Positions 44,501-56,612 of a DNA stretch of 64,000 nt are shown one piece after another (within the stretch, counting starts at the first letter, position 1; every line of letters starts with the position of its first letter). The notes beneath the pieces were generated by a model, which ran no database searches, was not told the DNA's origin, and saw only the letters and a list, made by a program, of their open reading frames with translations. Source of the DNA: the human T2T-CHM13v2.0 reference genome, Homo sapiens. The stretch lies in the NCBI RefSeq assembly GCF_009914755.1, contig NC_060935.1; one strand, 5' to 3'. A program made the position numbers and the translations under genes.

Positions 44501-47500
44501 ATGTGTATTTTTATAGGTGAAGCGTGTTTCTTGTAGGGGACAAATCAATGGGTCTTGTTTTTTCATCAATTCAGCCAGTCTATGTCTTTTGATTGGAGAG
44601 TTTTGCTCATTTACATTCAAGGTTATTATTAAGTGAGGATTTACACCTGACATTCTGGTTGCTTTGTAATCTCTTCCTTCTTTGTTTTCTTCCTGTCTTC
44701 AACTAGTGAAGGTGATTTTCTCTGGTTATATGATTTAGTTTCTTGCTTTTTATTTTTTGTGTATCCATTGTATGTTTTTTTTGTTTGTTTGTTTGTTTGA
44801 GGTTACCATGAGGCTTGCATATACTATCATATAAGTCATTATTTTAACCTGATAATAACTTAACACTATTTGCATAAACAAACAAGCAAAAAGAAAACTA
44901 ATCAAAGTCCTATGCTTCAACTTTATCCCCCCTTTTTTAACTTTTTATTGTTTCTATTTATATCTTATTGTATTGATTATGTCCTGAAAAGTTGTTGTAG
45001 TTATTATTTTTGATTAGTTCATCAGTTAGTCTTTCTACTTAGGACAATAGTAATTTACACACCACAGTTACTATGTTATAATATTCTGTGTTTTTCTGTG
45101 TACTTACTCATACCAGTGAGTTTTTACCTTCAGGAGATTATTTACAGCTTATTAGTATCATTTTCTTTCTGATTGAAGTACTTTAGCATTTCTCGTAGGA
45201 CAGGTCTGGTATTGATGAAATCCCTCATTTTTGTCTGTCTGGGAAAGTCTTATTTTATCTTCGTATTTGAAAGCTATATTCACCAGATTTACTATTCCAG
45301 GGTAAAAGCCTTTTTTTTTTTCTTCAGCACTTTAAATATTTCATGGCACTCTCTTTTGGCTTGTAAAGTTTCTAATGAAAAGTCTTCTGCCAGACATATT
45401 GGAGCTCCGTTGTATATTATTTGTTTTTATTTTGCTGCTTTTAGAACGCTTTATCTTTGACCTTTGAGAGTTTTATCATTAAATGCCTTGAGTCTTCTTT
45501 CGGTTAAATCTACTTGGTGTTCTATAACCTTCTTATAGCTGGATATTGATATCTTTCTCTAGGTTTGGGAAGTTTTTTGTTCTTATCCCTTTGAATAAAC
45601 TTTCTCCTCCCATCTCTTTCTCTACCTCCTTTTTAAGGCCAATAACTCTTAGATTTGCCCCTTGAGGCTATTTTCTAGATTCTGTAAGCATGCTTCATTA
45701 CTTTTTATTCTTTTTTCTTTTGTCTCCTCTGACTGTGTATTTTCAATTAACCTGTCTTCAAGCTCACCAATTCTTTCCTGTGCTTGAATCATTCTGCTAT
45801 TAAAGGACTCTGACACATTCTTTAGTACACTAATTGCATTTTTCAGCACTAGAATTTCTGCCTGATTCTTTTTAATTATTTCAATCTCTTTGTTAAATTT
45901 ATCTGCTGGAATTCCGAATTCCTTCTCTGTGTTATCTTGAATTTCTTTGAGTTTCCTCAACACAGCTATTTTGAATTCTCTGTCTGAAAGGTCACATATC
46001 TCTATTTCTCCAGAATTGATCCTTGGTGCCTTATTTAGTTCATTTAGTAAGATCATGTTTTCCTACATGCTGTTGAGGCTAGCCGATGTTCTTTGGTGTC
46101 CGGGCATTGATGAGTTAGGTATTTATTGTAGTCTTCACTGTCTGGGCTTATTTTTAGCTGTCCTTCTTGGGAAGGCTATTCAGATATTTAAAAGGACTTG
46201 GGTTTGTGATCTAAACTATATCTGCGTTAGTGGGCACCTCAATCCCAGCAATGTTGTGATTCTTGTAGACTCATACAGGTGCTGCCTTGATGGTTTTGGA
46301 TGAGATCCAGGAGAATTATCTGGATTACCAGGCAAAGGCTCTTGTTTCCTTCCCTTACTTTCTCCTAAATATACAGGGTCTCTCTTTCTCTCTCTCTTTT
46401 CTGAGCCACCTAAACCTGGGGATAGAGTGACACAAACACCTCTGTGTCCACCACCACTATGACTGCAGAAGGTTAGACCTGAAGCCAGCACAGCACTAGG
46501 TCTCACCCAAGGCCTGCTAAAACCACTCCCTGTCTACTGCCTGTGTTTGCTCAATGCCCTGGGGTACTACATTCAGCAGATGGTAAAGCCAGCCAGGCCT
46601 GTGTCCGTCCCTTCAGTGCAGCAAGGTGTCCCAAGCGCTGGGTGGGTCCAGAAGTGCCATTTGGGAGTCGGGGACGAAAATCAAAAACTTTAGGAGCCTA
46701 TTTAGTGTTCTAAAGTATTGCAGCTGAGCTGGCATTCAAGCCACACAAGGCAGTCCTTACCACTCTCCCCTCCCCTTTCTAAGGGCAGAGAAGCCTCATC
46801 CCACAGCCACTGCCACCCCAGGCCATGAGGAGTACTGGCAGACTACTCTCGATATTCCCTTAAGGCCCAAAGTCTCTTAAGTGTGTTGTGAATACTGCCT
46901 GGCCTGGGACTCGTCCTTCAGAGCAGTGAGCTTCCCTCTGGCCCAGGGCAGGTCCAAAAATTCATCCAAGAGTCAAGTCCTAGAATCAAAGACCTCAGGA
47001 TCACACTTAGTCCCTTCCTCCCCTTGCTGGTACCCAACATGTGGGAAAAAAGGTCCCCTTTACTTTTCCCTCAGCTTTTCTTAAGTAGAAGATTTTTGCC
47101 CCCTAGCCACCATTGCTGGTTATGTACAGAGTCTCACCTGAAGCCAGCAAATCTCAGAGGCTCACCAAGGCCCTTGATATAGTGCCTGGGTATCACTGCT
47201 GGTTATTCAGGGCCCAAGGGCTCTTCAGTTAGCAGGTGATAAATGCTGCCAGTAGTGGGTCCTTTCCTTCAAGGCAGCAGGTTCCATTCCCTTCTGGCCC
47301 AGGGTGTATCTAGAAATGTCACCTGGGAGGTAGTGTCTGGAACAGGGGCCTCACTACTCTGACCAGTCCCTTATTCTGTTGTGGCTGGGCTGGGATCCTA
47401 CAGGCAAAACAAAGTCCTCCCCACTCTTCCCTCTCTTCTCCTCAAGTGAAAGGGAAGGGTCTCTTTTGGAGTCATGAGCTGTGCCACCTGAGGTTAGGGG

Positions 47501-48089
47501 AGGAGTGACGACAGAACTCCCTTGGCTGCCCCAGCTGGTTTATCTGTATGCCGTGTGCCCTTCCAGTCCATTGTCTATGGGCCTAACTCAACACAAGGAC
47601 TTGCCTAAGAGTTTATGGCCTAGATTGCCTTTCAAGTTTACTTGGAGACACAGAGTGCCGTAGCCTCTAGCCCATGGTGGTGAGAGTTGCAGGAATTCAG
47701 GTTCCCACTAGGGCTGGTTTAAATTCTCCCTCTGTGGGAAGGATGAGTGTGGTCCAGTTTTCCTTTCTGCTGTAACAGGACAGCACTGAGTTCACTGCTT
47801 TACAATTGCTGTGTTCTCCCTCCCCCAGTGCTCAGAGGCTGCTGCTGCCTGGGGTGAGGAAGGGGTGGCATTTGTGATTCAGGACTGTTTTTTAATCACT
47901 TCAGTACCTCTTTTGGCAATATGTAGTTAATACCAGATACTATGAGTTCTCACCTGATTTTTGGTTGCTATGAAGATGTTTTTTCTGTGTACATATGTTA
48001 ACTCAGTGTCCTTGCTGGGGAGGCAAGGGAATGATTGGTTTCTGTTCGGCCATCTTGCTCCACCCTCTTCCTGATATTTAGAGTTGGTT

Positions 48090-48686
48090 TGGATGTTTGG
48101 TTTGAGAGGCTTGTGAGACATTCAAGTGGGGATATTGGTCCTGAAGCTATGATGAGACCTCCAGACTAAAGATATAAATTGTGAAATTCATAGCATATAG
48201 GTAGTATTTAACGCCACAGAAATGGATGAGATCACACGGGGTGAGAGCACTACACAAAAGAGGCAGCAGAGTTATTAAACACTGAGAAATCGTGAATATT
48301 TAAAGGATGATTAGGAGAAGAGGAGCCAGAAAAATAGACTCTGAAAACATTGCTGGAGAGGTAAGAGGAAACTAGAATAGAGTGGTATCATATAAGTTAT
48401 AAGAATAGAATTCCAAGCACAGTTTCAAAAAAGAGGGGATAGGCCATGGTATTTAATGCTGCTGAGAGTCAAGTAACTGAATACCAGAAAAGTGTCTGAT
48501 ATGGTTTGGCTCTGTGTCCCCACCCAAATCTCATCTTGAATTGTAATCCCCACGTGTTGAGGGAGGGACCTGGTGGGAGGTGATCAGATTGTGGGGACAG
48601 TTTTCCCCATGCTGTTCTTGTGGTAGGGAGTTCTCATGATAGTGAGTTCTCGTGAGACCTGATGAGTTAAAAGTGTGCCACTTCCT

Positions 48687-48728
<42 letters not shown>

Positions 48729-49010
48729 CAGCCTTGTAAGGAAGGTACTTGCTTCTTCTTCACCTTCTGCCATGATTGTAAATTTCCTGAGGCCTGCCAG
48801 GCCATGTGGAACTGTGAGTCAATTAAACCTCTTTCCTTTACAAATTACCCTGTCTTGGGAAGTTCTTTATAGCAGTGTAAAAATGGACTAATACAGTGTC
48901 CTTTGAATTTAGCATCATGCAGGTGATTGGTGAGCTTGACAAGACTTATTTCAGAGAAGTGTTGATGGCAGAAGTTAGGTTGGTGTGGGTTAAAGGGAAA
49001 GAGGACTTCC
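48090..49010 (-). mobile_element. L2 fragment continuing 38840-39170, interrupted by an LTR
   Basis: gagacattcaagtggggatat...aatggatgagatcac...aatgctgctgagagtcaag | LTR | ctttgaatttagca. Confidence 0.7.
48497..48895 (+). mobile_element. MSTA/THE1D-like solo LTR containing a (CT)n tract
   Basis: tgatatggtttggct...aatggactaataca; perfect TSD gtgtc at 48492-48496 and 48896-48900. Confidence 0.93.
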
Positions 49011-49399
49011 ACTTTTAGCAAATCAATAACTAGATATTCCACAGGGCCCAGCTGCTACAAAACAAATAGATTCTCAATATAACATTCTTTGAATGTTTTG
49101 TTGGGATTTCAGAAAATAAAGGAAATTTCCAAGCCACCCCTTCATATCTGTTTCTCCAAAACAGGGAGATCTGAGTAGTAAGCAAGTAAGATTCAGAAAA
49201 TATGCTTTGAGCAAGACATAAGGTAGAAAAACTCAAGCCAAAACTCTTACAATAAACCAAAGTAGTCCTAGGTTAGGGGGGTTCTCTATTTCTCCAGCAG
49301 AAGCATTTAAAAATGCCCTCATTGGGCAAAGAATACCCTATTTAGACTCCTAGGTTTACATAGAGTATAACCAAACACATGTGAACACACAATAGGAAA

Positions 49400-51240
49400 T
49401 TACAAAAGATGTAAAGAAATAAGCCGTCATGAGTGAGAATCAACAGAATAGGTTTAGATCCTCAATACTTCAGGTTGTGAAATAATTAATAGATGATAAA
49501 ATAACAATGATAAAAAATGAAAACAGAATCACAAAAAGCATGCCATATGAGATTACTAAAAGGTAAACAGGCATATTAGGAGAAAAAAAGCCAAATAAGA
49601 CTTTTTAAAAATCACTGAAATTTAAAACCAATTGATAGCTTAAACCTCAGATCAGACAGAATTATCAAGACTATACCAATACTACTTAGGGTTATAGGCA
49701 ATGTTGATGACATAAGACATCCCGAGCAGTGTTCATAAGAGAAAGGTGTATTCCTCTCCTATATTAACAGGACAAGCTAGGTAGGTGGGCTCTGTTTTGC
49801 CATTCTGTACATGTGACTTCATCTTTGGGTCTACAGCAGTTGTCCCAGTCATCTTCAGCCATATGATTCAAGGTAGCAGCAAACTAGCAGCAAATTAACT
49901 TTCTAGCCCATTGAAAGGGAGAAGCAGAGTATTAAGGGCAAATAACTTCAGATTTCTAGGGAATGAATATTAAGTTGTACATATCACTTCTGCTTATATA
50001 AAAGTAACCAAAACCTAGCATTATCGCCACATGTAACTGTAGGAGAAATTGGGAAATTTACTCTCTATCTGGGTGGCCATTTTCAGCTAAAACCTGGTGG
50101 TAGGCTAAAATGAAGATGGGGAATATTGATCTTGGGATATAACAGCAATTTCCAAAGCAAAATAGAATGATATGGAGATAGAAACTGGGACAGAGCGGTT
50201 ACATGATATGAGTAGTGTGAGAAGATCTAAGATCTAATATAGGCCCGATCAAAGTGACAGGAATGATTTTTAAAAAGTGGAAGAAAGGAAATATTGGGGA
50301 AAAATGGCTGGAAATTTTTCAGAATGAAGAAAAACACATATCCACACATAAATGAAACACAACATAAAACAAGCAAGAAAAACAGAAATTTACAATTAGA
50401 TATTCTGAAGTGACTATAGATACTGAAATCGGGACCACCTTAAAATAAACAGAAAGAAGAAATCACTCTACAAAATAACCACAAGTAGACGAATAGCTTT
50501 CTTATCAACAATGAAAACCAGAAAAGAGTTAATATCTTTAACATGTTAACCTGAAATCAGGAACACAGCAAAACTACCTTCCAACAACAACAAGGAATGA
50601 TCTTAGTAAATAAAAACTGAGTTTACCACCAAGAGACCTTCTCCAAGGGAATTTGAGGTACAATCATGGGAAACAAAATTGTTAAACCAAAACACTGGAT
50701 AATAACTTGAGAGTTTATAGATAAGAGATCAGGGTTAAAGTTTCCTAAGGTCCATAGTATCATTAAGAAGGAGGGTTAAGATACTAATATTAGATATTTT
50801 TAAGTTAAATATGATAAGTTTTGAGAGTAAAAGCATGGGTATAGAATTAACATCCTAACTGGTAGAGGGGAAAATATCATGAAATAAGAAGACAAACAAA
50901 TATTTAGTCAATTAAAGAACTGAGAAGTGAAACATAGAGAAATCAAAGGAAGTGGAAAGCACAAAATAGGATAGCAGGAAAAAGTCCAATCATACAGTGT
51001 TAATATATGACAATGATAATAGAAAAAAATAGACTTTAAAGCAGAAAAGCAGTCACTACAAACAAAAGGTTCAATTCATTAAGATGATATAACGATTCTA
51101 TATTTGTTTGCATGTCATAAAATTGCTCAAAATACGTAAGATGATAATTGATAAAATTTCCTGAAACAATGTTACAATGGGAGATTTCAATAGTGCTCCC
51201 TCATTTGATAGGACATAGGGAAAAAACACAAAATAAATAT
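49400..51240 (+). mobile_element. Highly decayed L1ME-type fragments (with an MLT1-like insert at ~49680-50150)
   Basis: A-rich L1 texture; ggttcaattcattaagatgatataacgattcta and gggagatttcaata resemble the endonuclease region. Confidence 0.5.
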
Positions 51241-52437
51241 CTCTAGATTTTATAAAGAAGTTATCAAATATTCTATTTTTATAGTCTTCCTCTCACTTTT
51301 TTCTCTCTCAGTGTATGCGTAGATTCCTAATCTTTTCAAGTCCTTAAGAGAAAGTATATAAAGCTCTAATGCTGGTTTCATTTATTCAAACACTACAAGT
51401 ATCTACCATATGCTGGACACTGTGCTAGGCTTCTGGAAATAAAATAAATGACAGATACGGCTTCCACTTTCATGTTGCTTTTGTTTATACCCTTGGGCAT
51501 TTTACTTAATCTTTTAGCGTATATTCATAAGAATACAGTTTTGGTGTGAAGATTAAATAAGATTATGTATGTAATGAACATATGGAGACTAAAATAACAG
51601 AATAATAAATGGTAAGTATAAAATAGATTTTAAAATGTTATTTCTTAAGTCTATTGTCAATCTTTACAATTTTATTGTAAATCATAGTGTGAGATACAGC
51701 TGCAAATATAGGGAAGTAAGTTCACAAACTGTTATTTTCTAAAGCTAAAGCTAACATTAGGCCTTGCTATGGTAGAACTCTTCACTGGGTTGTTTCTTAA
51801 AAAAAATTCACGCAACTGACAGGAGGAATTGTCTTTATTCTTGCATTAATGATAAATGTAATCTACAAGATGGCCTTCATGGATTAGAAAAAGGAATCAG
51901 ACCACAAGGAAAAAGAAATTGCTGGTTTTCACTCAAGATTTATCTAGAAAAGTGTACTGACTACTGGAATAATAGTTTACCCCTGGGTTGTACCACAGAA
52001 TGAGAAATTCTACAAGATTATACAACTCTTTTTCTACAAGATTACACTACTCATATTGTTTTTATTCCATTCCGGAATTAGAAATTAACTTTCTAAATAT
52101 CATTTTTTTTCTCCAAAAAAATCCTCTTACCAGCTAACCTGGATATGGACAAAAATATCTTGATTGCTGTAAAGGTCTATCTCCCTAGTAAAAATGAATA
52201 AATTGCCCTTGAATTTATTCAAGGCAATCACTATCAGCTGTGGAACACCCAGGTAAACTAACACAACTAGGTTCCTACACACAAAACAAATATTCTAAAC
52301 TGTTTCCACAGGGCAGCCACCAAGGGAAAAATAAGGAAATTTAACTATTTTATTCTAAACACTTCATTTACATATAAGGCAACTGTGGCCCCAAGGTTGT
52401 GATTTATTAACCTAGTTAACGGCAGAAGCTGCACTAA

Positions 52438-52769
<332 letters not shown>

Positions 52770-53307
52770 TTATCATCAAGCATTAATTTAATATCCAAAG
52801 GCATATATTTGTATTTACTGTGCTTTAAACATTTGTCTGTGCGTCAATGCTTTAAAGGGACATACTATGTGGTGATTCATTTTCAAAGTAAGAATTTGCA
52901 GAAAATGAGAAACAAACTTTCTGAACAATACAATTTTAATGCATACTAAGGCTGGTTAACTGGTTAGAATACTAGGTTAACAAGGCCAAACTCCAGATAG
53001 GCCAACAGCTTTTCAAACCAATATTCCTGACACTGCCAGGAATAAAGAAAACTCTTCACTACTGAGGGAGGGACAGAAAACCTAGAAAAATAAACCATAC
53101 TAAAAGAAAAAGGGTATTTTGTTTGTCACTTTAAAGCTGCTTTTTCTTTAAACGGTACACATATTTTCAACATTCTTACAAATGGGCCTTCTATTAAAAA
53201 GCAAACTATTGCTAATTCCATGGCTTTAAGTGGAATACTTCCAATCACTTCCTCTATCCAGAAAATCCGTGACACTACATGCCAGCTACTTTGCATATTT
53301 ATAACTG

Positions 53308-53313
53308 TTTAAT
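53308..53313 (-). terminator. Candidate proximal FANCF polyadenylation signal ATTAAA
   Basis: tttaat on plus = ATTAAA on minus, ~130 nt past the stop. Further AATAAA hexamers (plus-strand tttatt) lie distally, e.g. ~52403, ~52214, ~52060, 51671, 51381. Confidence 0.55.
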
Positions 53314-53441
53314 AAACTATTCAAAATTAGCATCTAAAATAATTATACTTTGGACACACGAAGGCATATATTTGGTGAGAACATTGTAATTTTCATTTTG
53401 TAAACTATATATTCTATATTCAAGTAATAACACAGCATTGC

Positions 53442-54566
53442 CTATACAGAACTGAGGCCTGCGCTGAGACCCAAAACTTGTCTTTTCCTAAATGCACCAC
53501 TACGAAGAGCTAATAAGAGGTCTGTCCAGATGCTAAGACCAGGTACTTCAAAATCTCCATCCTGCGCTTTACAGGTCTCCAGGGCAGTTAGAACTTTATC
53601 TTTCAGAGGTGGAGGGGCCTGACAGAGGCTTTGAAACCTATTGTGCAACTCCTCCCAGGGCACATCTTGGGACTCAGTTCCAACCCAAATGCCTTTCTGA
53701 AGGTCATAGTGCAAACGTTGACCCCAGTCTGTTAGCAGACCCAGATAGACAGGAGACAGCGCTGGGTGGCGGCTAGTCACTAAAGTCAAAAGCCCGGCTG
53801 GGAGGGCGCGACAAAAGGCAGCAAAGACTTCCGAATTCCCCAGAAGCCAGTGGACTAGCACTTGGCTCCCCTCTCCAGGTGATTTGTGGATGCCGGGTTC
53901 CAACTCTTCTTGGGGCCGACGAGACAAAGGCGGCTGCAACAGCGCCACCGCTATCACCTTCAGGAAGTTGTTCTGAGGCAAGCGCTCCCACAGGCTGCTG
54001 AGAAACCTGGCGGGACGCTCCGCTTCGGCCTTCCCCACCTCCTGCAGACGCTCCAGCAGCAGCTCCGCCTGGGTCTTCATCAGAGAGTCCTCCTGGAGAT
54101 TTGGGTTCTCTCTATAGCCATTGAAGCGCAGCATGTGCACCGCAGACCGCCGGCGGGCAAGGCGGGCCAGGCTCTCTTGGAGTGTCTCCTCATCGGCGTC
54201 CCGGACGCCCGGGCCGGGAAAGAGTTGCTGCACCAGGTGGTAACGAGCTGCATCCCCGAGGGCCCGGTTCTCCAGCAGGCGCAGAGAGAGCAGGACGTCA
54301 CAGTGACCGAGGGCCTGGAAGTTCGCTAATCCCGGAACTGGACCCCGCCCAAAGCCGCCCTCTTGCCTCCACTGGTTGTGCAGCCGCCGCTCCAGAGCCG
54401 TGCGAATGGGGCCATGCCGACCAAAGCGCCGATGGATGTGGCGCAGGTAGCGCGCCCACTGCAAGGCCCGGCGCACGGTGGCGGGGTCCCAGGTGCTGAC
54501 GTAGGTAGTGCTTGAGACCGCCAGAAGCTCGGAAAAGCGATCCAGGTGCTGCAGAAGGGATTCCAT
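53442..54566 (-). CDS. FANCF: Fanconi anemia group F protein, single-exon CDS, 374 aa
   Basis: Uninterrupted 1125-nt ORF from ATG (cat at 54564-54566), MESLLQHLDRFSELLAVSS...RKRQVLGLSAGLSSV*, recognised as FANCF. The track's 406-aa version starts at a TTG (54662), not an ATG. Confidence 0.98.
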   Translation of the reverse strand: MESLLQHLDRFSELLAVSSTTYVSTWDPATVRRALQWARYLRHIHRRFGRHGPIRTALERRLHNQWRQEGGFGRGPVPGLANFQALGHCDVLLSLRLLENRALGDAARYHLVQQLFPGPGVRDADEETLQESLARLARRRSAVHMLRFNGYRENPNLQEDSLMKTQAELLLERLQEVGKAEAERPARFLSSLWERLPQNNFLKVIAVALLQPPLSRRPQEELEPGIHKSPGEGSQVLVHWLLGNSEVFAAFCRALPAGLLTLVTSRHPALSPVYLGLLTDWGQRLHYDLQKGIWVGTESQDVPWEELHNRFQSLCQAPPPLKDKVLTALETCKAQDGDFEVPGLSIWTDLLLALRSGAFRKRQVLGLSAGLSSV

Positions 54567-54880
54567 GAGGTGCGCGAAGGCCCTACTTCCGCTTTCACCT
54601 TGGAGACGGCGACTCTCTGCGTACTGATTGGAACATCCGCGAAATGATACGCCTCTCTGCAATGCTATTGGTCGAAATGCATGTCAATCTCCCAGCGTCT
54701 TTATCCGTGTTCCTTGACTCTGGGCAACTTAAAAGCCCTAATACTTTTACTTTCGCCACACAAAGAGGTTCTTCTTAGTGGAGGGAGAGCAGATGTAGGG
54801 CATCCTACCGAGAATTTCCGGAACCACGTGCGAGATGATGCCAGTCATGAACGTCTCCGCGCTTCCTTTCGCTTTGGAAA
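53750..54880. promoter_or_regulatory. CpG island over the FANCF promoter and 5' two-thirds of the CDS
   Basis: Sharp rise in GC and CpG density (e.g. cgccggcgggc, ccggacgcccgggccggg) against a CpG-depleted AT-rich background. Confidence 0.9.
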
Positions 54881-54990
54881 TATCCTTAAGTAGAAAAGAA
54901 ATTTTCTGAGCTTTGCCTAAAACTAGAATCTGTGTTGAGGTTTTTCAAAATTAAGTAACGCCAGAGACATACTGTGACGTGAGGAAACGC
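54567..54990. promoter_or_regulatory. FANCF promoter, probably bidirectional (shared with upstream GAS2 transcripts)
   Basis: ETS site ACTTCCGC 54585-54592; two CCAAT boxes on the minus strand (attgg 54627-54631, 54667-54671); E2F-like CCGCGAAA 54637-54644 and TTTCGCCA 54751-54758; palindromic TTCCGGAA 54816-54823; E-box CACGTG 54825-54830; CRE-like TGACGTGA 54975-54982. The GAS2 link is recalled annotation, not visible in the sequence. Confidence 0.75.
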
Positions 54991-55662
54991 TCTTAAATGA
55001 AATTTTAAGATCTATTTGAGAAACATGTACTAAAAATGTACTGACCTCCTATTAATGCCAGGCGCTATGCTGAATTCTGGGCCTTCACATTGTCCTTCCA
55101 TTATTAGAACTGAAGCCCAGATTATTTGAAACAAAAAATAAACTTCAATAATTTATTAAAATTTGCAAAGGAACAAAATTTTACTTCACAATTGTACATT
55201 TCGTTTTCGTAATTTTTAGGACAAAATAGCTTAATTGACTCTTCTGTCATACAAATAATCAGCTGAAGGAAATGGCATTTAAGAGCATCGAACAATAATA
55301 AATGTTTGATTAAATAAAAACCGTGACAAGAGAGTAGGGAGGAGAAGGTCCTATGTCGCTCACTGATGCACTTAACAAACATTTGTCAACTCCTAGGAGT
55401 TGCATTCTGTACAAAATGCACAACAATTCTTACTTAAGTTCATAATATAGTAATTCATTTGAGCTGAATTTCCTTCCAGTCCTAAAGACACAGCCAAAAC
55501 TATTCGAAAAGTGGGGGAAGGTGTTTTGTTTTGTACTTTAACAAAAAGGGGAAGAGAAACAAATTTAAAAGAGGGGAAGAGTCATTTTTCATTTATTAAA
55601 ATAAGCATTCCTACACCTTTTAGAAAGTAAAGCAGTGATGTGCATGCTGTTAATTCAGATTT

Positions 55663-55852
55663 ATGCATTTATTTATTTATTTTGAAACGGAGTCTCATTC
55701 TGTCGCCCAGGCGCGGCCAATTTTTGTATTTTTAGTAGAGATGGGATTTCACCTTATTGGTCAGGCTGGTCTCGAACTTCTGACCTCAAGTGATCCTCCC
55801 GCCTCGGCCTCCCAAAGTGCTGGGATTAGAGGCGTGTGCCACCGCGCCCGGC
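55663..55852 (-). mobile_element. AluS with most of the right arm deleted
   Basis: ctgtcgcccaggc is joined directly to gcggccaatttttgtatt at ~55712. Confidence 0.92.
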
Positions 55853-56242
55853 TATTATTTGATTTTTATTAGTTATCTCAAACTCTTACTTGGTCCTGAA
55901 ATCGTTATTTTATTTTATCCTAAGGATACTATGAATCTTAAAATTCTTTTTCTTGGCTACTACAAACTTAGAACCAAGTGTGCAGCCTGCCTTTAGCAAA
56001 TGTACAGGCATCACTAATTCATTTATTTATTCTTATATTTAACACCTATTATGATACATAGTATGAGGTGCTACAGATTTAGTAGTAAAATAAATGCAGT
56101 CCTAGCATGAGTGGAGAAGTTCATCTTGTACCATTTAAGAGAGACATTAAATGAATAACCTCAAATGTGATAGTAGGATGAAATTGAGTGGGGTCACCAA
56201 GTCTTAGGGGATAGGAAGGTCTCTTTAATTACTGACTTTTCA

Positions 56243-56612
<370 letters not shown>

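Larger units (their letters stand above)
39181..48073 (-). mobile_element. Near full-length old L1 (L1MA1/2-like) with nested THE1 and MER1B
   Basis: 5' end gagggtggagcaagatggccgaa at ~48070, long 5' UTR, ORF1 remnant 45649-46056, endonuclease remnants 44118-44653, RT-region remnants 42191-43072, L1MA 3' UTR at 39200-39700; TSD atatgtagagttg 39168-39180 / atatttagagttg 48074-48086. Confidence 0.9.

Noticed and set aside
53886-54499. Plus-strand ORFs (147 aa, 105 aa) antisense to FANCF
   Set aside because: GTG starts; typical shadow ORFs of GC-rich coding DNA with no recognisable domain.
54567-54662. 32-aa N-terminal extension giving a 406-aa FANCF
   Set aside because: It starts at TTG, which lies among the CCAAT boxes and so probably upstream of the transcription start; the recognised protein begins MESLLQH.
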